DNA of 64,000 bases from Candidatus Poribacteria bacterium. GTDB taxonomy: Bacteria > Poribacteria > WGA-4E > WGA-3G. A program made the translations under genes and the position numbers. The notes under the pieces were generated by a model. It had not been told where the DNA came from. It worked only from the letters and a program-made list of their open reading frames with translations, and searched no databases. Numbering within the stretch: position 1 is the first letter of the stretch; each line of letters starts with the position of its first letter. Location of the stretch: assembly GCA_965198235.1 (NCBI GenBank), contig OZ240248.1, forward strand, positions 4,160,001 through 4,224,000. The letters run 5' to 3'. This document shows, piece after piece, positions 38,527 through 46,449 of the stretch.

Positions 38527-39429
38527 TTAGTTTGACGTGAATTGCCGATTCCAGTCGTGATGGGACTTGGCAATACTCTCAGGATTTACCCGACTCCGAG
38601 CGATAAATCCAGGAACATTTTCTCGGCCCGTTGGCAACCCGATTTGGCTATAGCGCGTATCAACACTCCAACGCACTATGTCAGCGCGGTTCGGAAGCCC
38701 ACGGTGAACGACACGTTCACTCGTTAGCAAAACGTCACCCACATCCAGTTCAGCAGTGACGATGTCGCCGGGTGGCAATTCCTGATCGCTGATACCTCTA
38801 CCCCCCGTATGCCCAAGGGTCTGATCCTGGTAGTTGTGTTCAATCAGATTGTAGCGGTGTGAACCTCGGATGACTTGCATGCACCCATTTTCTTCGGTTG
38901 CTCGAACGAGCGGAAGCCAGACATTCACAACCAACGTATCACCTGCCTCTTCAGGGATGAGATACGCCAAATCTTGATGCCACGGGATGACGGTAATTGC
39001 TTGATCCGGCAACTTGGCACGGTAATTAAACTGCGGATGTGCAAAGATCTCCTCACCGATGAGAGAACCAACGACATCAAGCAGCGCGTGTGCCGTTCTA
39101 AGCGTGAACATCCCAGCGGTTCGGATTTTCTGATCTCGGAAATAGTTGCTCCAAATCCAGTTCGGGTCGGAGCAGGCATTCGAGACTCGTGCCAACCTCG
39201 TTTCAAACGACTCGTCATCATAAGTATCCGACGCGTCAAGGATTCCCTGTTTGACCGCCGCCTGAGTGCCTTCATCAACCAACTGCGATAACTCATCAAT
39301 CAACGGCTGAAGTGCTTGGTTTGGTAGCACGTCTTGAACAAACAGAAAGCCGTCGTCGTGAAATTGCTGCTTCTGCTGAGATGTAAGTCCATCCTGCTGA
39401 GGTGTTTCCGAATTGCGTTGTGTAGACAT
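38527..39429 (-). CDS. Phytanoyl-CoA dioxygenase (PhyH) family protein
   Basis: FHDDGFL, PWHQD, ENGCMQVIRGSH, HRGLPN...RWSVD.RY. Confidence 0.92.
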   Translation of the reverse strand: MSTQRNSETPQQDGLTSQQKQQFHDDGFLFVQDVLPNQALQPLIDELSQLVDEGTQAAVKQGILDASDTYDDESFETRLARVSNACSDPNWIWSNYFRDQKIRTAGMFTLRTAHALLDVVGSLIGEEIFAHPQFNYRAKLPDQAITVIPWHQDLAYLIPEEAGDTLVVNVWLPLVRATEENGCMQVIRGSHRYNLIEHNYQDQTLGHTGGRGISDQELPPGDIVTAELDVGDVLLTSERVVHRGLPNRADIVRWSVDTRYSQIGLPTGRENVPGFIARSRVNPESIAKSHHDWNRQFTSN

Positions 39430-39520
39430 TGCGAATCTCCGTCCTTCTTGTAGAGGCGATGCCTCAATGTTTGCCCATTGCGAAGTCTGTTTCTGCGTAG
39501 ATCCTAAATTGAAAATTTGG

Positions 39521-40582
39521 TCATGAACGAATCCGTTGAATCGCAACAGCACTGCCGATTTCACTGGATTTCATCGCCCCATCGAGCATTTGCATCAGCA
39601 TCACTGCCTGCGAACCGGAATTAAGGGGTTCATCCCCCTCTCGAATTGCCCGAATGAATTCTCGTGCCTGAAGCGTTATATTATCTGCCTTTTGGGGCGG
39701 TGCTTTTAGCGGTTTGACCTTAACACCGTCCGGTGTCCCAACCAGTAGTTTTCCGCTTTCGAGTCCTGCCTTCGTGCCGTAAAGTTGAAACTCCTGAGTC
39801 TCGCTTTTGACCAGATCGCTTCCGGTTGCTGGCGCGTGTCGGTTTGTGGTATTCAGCGAAAACGCGACAGCAAAATGTAGCGTGCATCCGTTCTCAAATC
39901 GCACAAACCCGCAGGCAGCATCGTCTGCGGTATAAATTTGTTCAGGAGGTGCGAGATCGGAAAATGTACAGTAGAGCCCAGCCATAACCTCTGTAGGGCG
40001 CGGATTACCCATCATAAACCAGACGTTATCAATCGCGTGAATACCGAGATCAAGGAGTACTCCGCCCCCCTTCGCTTTGTCGTGCCGCCATCCCCGTGCT
40101 GAACACCACCGTGTGCGTATCCACCGAGTCTCCGCGTAATACACCTCACCGAGTTCTCCAGCCTGCACAAGCCTACGACCTTCCATCAACTGGGACGTGA
40201 AGCGCGATTGGCGAACAAACATATAAACAAGACCTTTGGTTGCCGCGAGTTGGGTGACCGGTATTAACTCCGTCGCATTGTTTGAGGGTGGTTTTTCGCA
40301 GAGCACATGTAATCCAAGCTGCACTGCTTCCTGTGAGACAGGAGCGTGCATCCAAGTTGGAAGCCCGATGCAGATCGCGTCTAAATCGCATGCGTCGAAC
40401 ATCTGTTTATAATCATCGAAAACACGTACACCCTTAATCCCGTCCAAAACCCTCTTCCTACGGTTGGGATCCGGGTCTGCCAAAGCCACGAGTTCTACAT
40501 TCGGCTCTGCGGCGAGAACCGCGGTCGTGCTACCGATCGTCCCACCGACACCAATGATCCCAACCCTAATTGCATCTTTCAT
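39521..40582 (-). CDS. Gfo/Idh/MocA oxidoreductase
   Basis: GIIGVG, VLCEKP, GGGVLLDLGIH. Confidence 0.95.
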   Translation of the reverse strand: MKDAIRVGIIGVGGTIGSTTAVLAAEPNVELVALADPDPNRRKRVLDGIKGVRVFDDYKQMFDACDLDAICIGLPTWMHAPVSQEAVQLGLHVLCEKPPSNNATELIPVTQLAATKGLVYMFVRQSRFTSQLMEGRRLVQAGELGEVYYAETRWIRTRWCSARGWRHDKAKGGGVLLDLGIHAIDNVWFMMGNPRPTEVMAGLYCTFSDLAPPEQIYTADDAACGFVRFENGCTLHFAVAFSLNTTNRHAPATGSDLVKSETQEFQLYGTKAGLESGKLLVGTPDGVKVKPLKAPPQKADNITLQAREFIRAIREGDEPLNSGSQAVMLMQMLDGAMKSSEIGSAVAIQRIRS

Positions 40583-40614
40583 TCACACCCTCCATTTCCA
40601 CCAACGCGGTTTGA

Positions 40615-40689
40615 ACACACTTTCCATTCGATGTCGCACCAGAAAACAAACTCGCTGTCATCTGGGGACAGATTAAAGCAGCGCGTTAG
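40615..40689 (+). pseudogene. Orphan 3' gene remnant encoding the KLxxxWG.IK C-terminal motif
   Basis: FPFDVAPENKLAVIWGQIKAAR* preceded by in-frame TGA at 40612. Confidence 0.65.
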
Positions 40690-40716
40690 ATGCCGGTGGC
40701 AGATTTTTACCACTTT

Positions 40717-41448
40717 CTATAATAAAGATGCCGACCCCGCGTCCAGAAATACCGCACAATCTGGGTGCGTCTGTAAAATCGAAGCAGGGTGCATTGGCGT
40801 TATCTCGCCGTGTAAGCAATTCCGTACTGCCTCCGCTTTTCGTTCATCTGGCACAGTGCAAACAATTGCTTTCGCCTTCATGATTTGGCAAATGGACATT
40901 GAAATCGCTTGGGTTGGCACGTCATCAATTCCAGTGAACCAGCCCTCGCCGACCTGCTGAAGGCGGCATGCCTCATCTAACTCGACAAGAATATACGGAT
41001 CTTCTGTCTCAAAATCCGCTGGTGGATCGTTGAAAGCGAGGTGTCCATTCTCGCCGATGCCGACGAACGCCACGTCAATCTGATGCTGCGAGATAATCCG
41101 ATTCAACCGATCACACTCGGCTTGAGGTTCATTCGCTTCACCGTCCAAAAAATGCACCGTCCCAGGATGAACGATGTCCACGAGACGTTCTCGCAGATAC
41201 TTGCGAAAACTGGCGGGATGTGTCTCAGGAATGCCGATGTACTCGTCGAGATGAAACATCGTTGTGTTGTCCCAATCAATCGCTTTATCGGCAGTGAGCG
41301 CGGCAAGGAAGTCAAATTGAGACGCACCTGTCGCAACGATGAACCTGGCATTTCCATTTACATCCAATGCCTCGCGAAGCTTTTTACTTGCGAGATGCGC
41401 CGCTGCTTCGCTCGTTTCACGTTTAGTTGTTGCTTTAAAAATATTCAT
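40717..41448 (-). CDS. nagB: Glucosamine-6-phosphate deaminase family protein
   Basis: [32 protein letters not shown]. Confidence 0.88.
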   Translation of the reverse strand: MNIFKATTKRETSEAAAHLASKKLREALDVNGNARFIVATGASQFDFLAALTADKAIDWDNTTMFHLDEYIGIPETHPASFRKYLRERLVDIVHPGTVHFLDGEANEPQAECDRLNRIISQHQIDVAFVGIGENGHLAFNDPPADFETEDPYILVELDEACRLQQVGEGWFTGIDDVPTQAISMSICQIMKAKAIVCTVPDERKAEAVRNCLHGEITPMHPASILQTHPDCAVFLDAGSASLL

Positions 41449-41471
41449 TTTGCTAAAATCTTCGTACTTTT

Positions 41472-42125
41472 TCACAGCAAGTTTTTGGCTTGCAAGCTAC
41501 GCCAAAAATCCCGTTTCCAACTCGGCGAGAGGGCAGGTAGTTTTCTGGCTCGTGCGATTGCATCGTGATTGTCTGTATCAAAATAGCGTAGATTGAGTAT
41601 TTCTGTAACACTCATCGGTTCCAGTGCAACGTCAATGCGTGCAATCGCATCACCGGCAGTGATTTCGCCTTCTTCAAGCACCCGGAAATAGAAGCCGACG
41701 CGTCGACTCTCTAAAAACTGTTTGGCGAACTCCGGCAGTCCCATCTTGTATGCAAGCTTGAAACACGGCACGCGGGGTTGCGTAATCTGTAATTTTACCG
41801 TTGAACCTATTTGAAAGACATCACCAATATGAACAGACGTTTCCATCAGACCTTCAACCGTGAGATTTTCGCCGAACTGCCCGTAAGCCAAGTCGTCTCT
41901 TTGTAATTCTTGCTGCCAGTGGGCATAATGCTCAAACGGATACCCGTAGATAGCTTTATAGGTACCGCCATGCACCCGCAAATCGCCTTGCCTATCACCG
42001 TCAATGTTTTTCTCTCTGAGCATGACAGTGCCTGACACGGGTTCTTTGAAAATCCCTGTCTGGATAGTTTTACCACCGTATTGAATAGGCTTTGGCTTTG
42101 AGACGTTTATAGATAAAAGCTTCAT
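41472..42125 (-). CDS. MOSC domain protein (YiiM-like)
   Basis: [36 protein letters not shown]. Confidence 0.93.
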   Translation of the reverse strand: MKLLSINVSKPKPIQYGGKTIQTGIFKEPVSGTVMLREKNIDGDRQGDLRVHGGTYKAIYGYPFEHYAHWQQELQRDDLAYGQFGENLTVEGLMETSVHIGDVFQIGSTVKLQITQPRVPCFKLAYKMGLPEFAKQFLESRRVGFYFRVLEEGEITAGDAIARIDVALEPMSVTEILNLRYFDTDNHDAIARARKLPALSPSWKRDFWRSLQAKNLL

Positions 42126-42133
42126 ATGCGTTT

Positions 42134-42162
42134 AATATAATAGTTTTTCTATGTTATGTCAA
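42134..42162 (-). promoter_or_regulatory. Sigma70-type promoter with near-leaderless start
   Basis: TTGACA-17-TATATT on minus strand, 8 nt before ATG, no SD. Confidence 0.6.
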
Positions 42163-42220
42163 GTGAAACATTTCAGTAGTGATAGGCGTTTAAGCAACGA
42201 TTCTCTCCACGTGCCTCCAG

Positions 42221-42260
42221 TAGAGTGGTGATTTTACCTATAAAATCACCACTCTCTTTT
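42221..42260. terminator. Hairpin with T-tract
   Basis: AGAGTGGTGATTTTA-ccta-TAAAATCACCACTCT then CTTTTT. Confidence 0.65.
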
Positions 42261-42379
42261 TGAAGAAACTTATCGCGAAATTCAACAAAGAAGACGATGC
42301 CATTGTTCATCAGATAACTTGGCAATCCCGCTGTGCTCTGGAATGGACCAACAGCATCTTTTTTCCACCTAAAGCATAG
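42257..42379 (+). pseudogene. Internally deleted remnant paralogous to 45027-45794
   Basis: FLKKLIAKFNKEDDAIVHQITWQSRCA/LEWTNSIFFPPKA* versus FLKEFINKPNEEDIAIVHQMTLRYRCA...QEWVNGIFFLPKP*. Confidence 0.8.
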
Positions 42380-42413
42380 GAGAGAAATCAGGACCTTACC
42401 CTTTGCATCGCGC

Positions 42414-42827
42414 ATGATGCTCACCTGCCCGGTAATATTTGCCATCCTATCGGCAGATATATCAATCGCCACACCTACCACAGAAACAAATGATTCCTTC
42501 ACTCGCGAAAAAAGCAACCCTCTCATTGGACTCCCAACTCTCGTTGTAATGGGCGTTACCTCCTTTGGACGTTGGCTAACCCCCTTAGATGAATGGCAAG
42601 CAGAGATCCACAAACTTAATGGGGATGAACTGTTTATTCAACGTTGGATGTTGGTTAACAATGATACTGTCTCTCGTGAAAAAGGAAAAAGAGCAATTAT
42701 GAGAATTCAAAAACGAAGGAATGCCATCGAGAAAAGACGTAACCGCTTCCTATGGTGGTATTATCCGAGTATCATTGTCGTTGGAGCGGGTGCTGGGATG
42801 TTAACTCTCTGGCTGCAAAAGGATTAA
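42414..42827 (+). CDS. Hypothetical membrane protein (start uncertain)
   Basis: ORF with hydrophobic segments; paralog of the disrupted copy at 45805. Confidence 0.6.
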   Translation: MMLTCPVIFAILSADISIATPTTETNDSFTREKSNPLIGLPTLVVMGVTSFGRWLTPLDEWQAEIHKLNGDELFIQRWMLVNNDTVSREKGKRAIMRIQKRRNAIEKRRNRFLWWYYPSIIVVGAGAGMLTLWLQKD

Positions 42828-42929
42828 CCTTGTTTGAAATGCGACAGAAAAGCGCGGGATGTTTCAGATCTAGCTTGAAGAGGTAAACTACTGATGCAAT
42901 ATAAAATCTCTGTCTTTGGAGGAATCAAA

Positions 42930-44936
42930 GTGAAACGTATTCTCGTTTTTGTCAGCATCGCCATCACGATGCTATATCAACTCGGTTGTTCTCCTGATGA
43001 AGAGCAAACACAACTTGAGAATCCCACAGTTAGCGATTCAACAGCAGTTCTTAACGCCCCACCCTTTGTCGGAGACGTTGTACTGGAAAACATGTACGAG
43101 GATGAAGTTCGGAAACTGACGAGCAAAACACCACTGGAGATCATTACCGTGCTTGAAGGCACCAGCAAAGTCATTCTTCAGGCTCGATTCCGATCCGTCC
43201 GAGATGGACCCTTTGGATCCCCCGTCTATGAGTGCGAACTGGTTGATGAATCAGCAGAGGCATTAGGGGGTATTGCACGAGGAATGTCTGGCAGTCCTGT
43301 CGGTCCACCGGGTCGTGTTATGGGGGCTCTCGCCTTTACGTATGCGTTTAGTAAACCGCCGTATCGGTTCTTGGTCACACCTATTGATTATATGGAGGCG
43401 GCAATAGACCACCCAACGTTTGGTGAGTTTCTGGAGGAAGAAGCGGCACCTGCGGCACCGGCACTGGCGATTAATTCCTTGTACACACCCGTTAAAGCAC
43501 CCGTGATGATTACTGGGACTCAGCCCCACAGAATTCAAGAACTTTCTTCATATTTCTCTGACTCAAGATTCAATTTTGTTGAATTGCTTGGTAATATTGG
43601 AGGTGCTCCAGCAGCACCGCCTGCGGGTGCTACAACAAAACTCTCTGCAGGGGATATGATTGGTGCTGCTGTCGCTACAGGGGATGTTACGAGCCTCATT
43701 GGCTTTGGGACAGTGACACAGGTGTATGACGATACATTTGTAGCGTTCGGTCATCCATTCTTTGCCGATGGAAAGTCCGAATTACCGGTATACAGAGCCG
43801 TAACGCATGGAATCGTGCCGAGCCTGGTGGTATCAACCAAATCTGTCTCCGCGTATGGAAATCCGATCGGGACAATAACTAAAGACTTACATCCCGCAGT
43901 TGTAGGGAAACTCGGTCCGGGACCTGCAATGATTCCGGTGAAACTCTCTTACCGTCCCGTTAATAACACAGTAATAGAGAAACACCACGTTGTGGCTTAT
44001 GGACAAGAGTGGGCGATTTCGTTTGTTACGGCAGTGACGATGGATGCAATTCGGATGGAAAGGAATGCTGCAACAGTTGAAGGGACTGTGACACTTCACT
44101 TCCAAGAAACTGAAACTGTCTATACAGAAACGTTCCGGACTGCCTCTTCAAATCCATTTTTCGATGTGTTCATAGGAACGGTTTCAATTATTGATTCGTT
44201 CACTAATACACTTACAAACAGCGCTGGCAAAGCGACCTTGAAAGAGGTGTCGATTGCTATTGTGGACAAACCTCAAATTGCCAAAGCCGAGATTGACGAA
44301 ATTATTGCGCCAATTGAAGTGATGCCTGGCGAAAGCCTTACGGTTTCGGTTGTGCTACTTCCACACTGGAGTACTGCCGGCGCCGAGCGTACGATTCAAA
44401 GAGAAGTTATACTGGACATCCCTGACGACTTCCCTACGGGTAAAGCGATCCTCACGGTTTCCGCCGATGCATCGGCTGGCGACACAGAATTTGAACGGCT
44501 TTTCGGTGACATTTTGGATGAAATCCTGGATATGGAAGAAGATGATGATGAAAAACCGTTGCCCAGAAATCTGGACGAACTCATCCGTCAGAAGGAAGAA
44601 GATCAGATGGATGCAGGGTTAATCACAATAACCCTCACACCATCGGGCTTTGGTGGATTCCCATTACCCGGAGACTTCCCGCTGCCAGAGGGCTTCCCAC
44701 TCCCAGAAAATGACGAAGAGGGTGAAGAAATTCCAGAAGGCTTTCCACTCCCAGAAGGTCTCCTATTGCAGGAAGGCTTCCCACTTCCAAACGATTCTGA
44801 GGAACAGAGCATAGAAACTGAACTCATTATTGAAGGCTTTATCGTAACAGGGTCTAAAGAGAAACAGATTACGATTAAAGTGGGAAATATAGGGCAAGAT
44901 GTGTTGCCAATAGAAGGCTTAGAAGGCGCAGAATAA
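42930..44936 (+). CDS. SpoIVB-like peptidase S55 domain lipoprotein
   Basis: Lipobox-like QLGC; GIARGMSGSPV; GTVT...AFGHPF; acidic FPLPEG repeats. Confidence 0.85.
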   Translation: MKRILVFVSIAITMLYQLGCSPDEEQTQLENPTVSDSTAVLNAPPFVGDVVLENMYEDEVRKLTSKTPLEIITVLEGTSKVILQARFRSVRDGPFGSPVYECELVDESAEALGGIARGMSGSPVGPPGRVMGALAFTYAFSKPPYRFLVTPIDYMEAAIDHPTFGEFLEEEAAPAAPALAINSLYTPVKAPVMITGTQPHRIQELSSYFSDSRFNFVELLGNIGGAPAAPPAGATTKLSAGDMIGAAVATGDVTSLIGFGTVTQVYDDTFVAFGHPFFADGKSELPVYRAVTHGIVPSLVVSTKSVSAYGNPIGTITKDLHPAVVGKLGPGPAMIPVKLSYRPVNNTVIEKHHVVAYGQEWAISFVTAVTMDAIRMERNAATVEGTVTLHFQETETVYTETFRTASSNPFFDVFIGTVSIIDSFTNTLTNSAGKATLKEVSIAIVDKPQIAKAEIDEIIAPIEVMPGESLTVSVVLLPHWSTAGAERTIQREVILDIPDDFPTGKAILTVSADASAGDTEFERLFGDILDEILDMEEDDDEKPLPRNLDELIRQKEEDQMDAGLITITLTPSGFGGFPLPGDFPLPEGFPLPENDEEGEEIPEGFPLPEGLLLQEGFPLPNDSEEQSIETELIIEGFIVTGSKEKQITIKVGNIGQDVLPIEGLEGAE

Positions 44937-45026
44937 TAATTTCGGAACCCTGTTGTATGGACAGGTATTCGTGCCTGTCCATACAGCATCAAATACCTAT
45001 CACTGATAACACGAAAAGGACAAACA

Positions 45027-45794
45027 ATGCAGCATTCTCTATGTTTCACAGTTTTTATACTTTTTGCGATCGCTTTTCAATTGCTGGGTTGCTCAGAAGA
45101 CACCGACAACGATACAGCACCAGTCGAAACCTTTATTGCCGAACCTATACCATCCAAACCCACACCAGAAGACACCTTCGCGAAACTAAAGATGTTGTTT
45201 CCAAACCCCATTTTAGATGGAGACTTCTCAACGCTCGGTGAGGTGACAGACTCTAAAACATATTTGGACTTTCTCGCCCAAGAATATCGGACGGAAAAAC
45301 CGTTTAAAACGCTGGCAGAATATCTCAGTGTAGCTCCACCACCTGATCCAGAAAGATACAAACCCTTTTTGAAGGAATTCATTAACAAGCCCAATGAAGA
45401 AGATATAGCCATCGTTCATCAGATGACGTTGCGGTACCGTTGTGCGAATGCGAGAATGTATCAGATGATGCACGATGGAAATGTTGTCAAGGCGATACTT
45501 GCCGCGCTCGGAAAAAAGTTTGGGATTCGTGACAAAGAACCAATAAAGGCTTGGTTAGAATTACATTTTCCAAAACAAGGCTTTTTTATCACTTTCGACA
45601 ATTTCGTCACGGAAACCGAAAGAGAAGACGTCCACTTAATACAAGAACAGTTTAAGGTACACGGCAAAGATAACGGACTTTTATGGCTTGCCATCCGCAA
45701 CCCTGCATTAACCGCAGAGATTCTCAATAATTTCACCAATACGGTTGTGTTTCAGGAATGGGTTAACGGCATCTTTTTTCTCCCAAAACCATAG
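45027..45794 (+). CDS. Hypothetical lipoprotein
   Basis: LLGC lipobox; paralogous to 49232-50041. Confidence 0.8.
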   Translation: MQHSLCFTVFILFAIAFQLLGCSEDTDNDTAPVETFIAEPIPSKPTPEDTFAKLKMLFPNPILDGDFSTLGEVTDSKTYLDFLAQEYRTEKPFKTLAEYLSVAPPPDPERYKPFLKEFINKPNEEDIAIVHQMTLRYRCANARMYQMMHDGNVVKAILAALGKKFGIRDKEPIKAWLELHFPKQGFFITFDNFVTETEREDVHLIQEQFKVHGKDNGLLWLAIRNPALTAEILNNFTNTVVFQEWVNGIFFLPKP

Positions 45795-45804
45795 GAGAAA
45801 GATT

Positions 45805-46294
45805 ATGACCTTCACCTGCGCATCGCGTCACGTGCTAATCGGGACGTTAATATTTGCTATCCTAACGTGAGTTCGACATTAGGCGCGTAGGTTGGGTTGA
45901 ACGGGAACTTCCTAAAAACCGTACACAGAAGATGCCCTTCAAGTTCACCGGGAACCTGAAATCCCCAAAATCCGAGTGAAACCCAACACAGTATCATACC
46001 GCCAGTTTGGATTGTTGGGTTTCGCTATATCTCTCTATGTGAACGGGTCATCGAAAAGTGGAATTCTCCGTATAAATAAGATGGGTCTGGAGTTTCACCG
46101 CTCAACCCAACCTACATTTACACTTGCATTTTTATTATCGAACTGACGTTATCCTACTAACAAATATTTCAGTCGCCACACCAACCAAAACAGCACATAA
46201 TTCGCACACCCACAAAGAAAACAGACCATTTATCGGGATCCCAACCCTCGTCGTAATGAGCGTTACCTCCTTTGGATACTGACTAACCCCTTTA
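45805..46294 (+). pseudogene. Paralog of 42414-42827 disrupted by a MITE and a nonsense codon
   Basis: MTFTCASRHVLIGTLIFAIL[MITE]LTNISVATPT...FIGIPTLVVMSVTSFGY*LTP. Confidence 0.85.
45865..46149. mobile_element. 285-bp MITE family C with 7-bp target-site duplication
   Basis: TATCCTA|ACGTGAGTTCGA...TCGAACTGACGT|TATCCTA; internal GTAGGTTGGGTTGA/TCAACCCAACCTAC arms. Confidence 0.92.
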
Positions 46295-46449
46295 CAATCA
46301 CAGCCAAGCCATTGTTGGAATTGAAGGATTCCTCATAGACTTGGCTGTTCTGCGTTCTGCTGATAAACTCAATCTCTGTGTCAACTGGAACATTTAATTT
46401 AGCGTTAAAGCCTACAATTCAGATTCCAAAGGGAGATTAAAACCTCTTT

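Noticed and set aside
41472-41474. TGA as a selenocysteine codon in the MOSC gene
   Set aside because: Not at a Cys-equivalent position and no SECIS-like hairpin downstream
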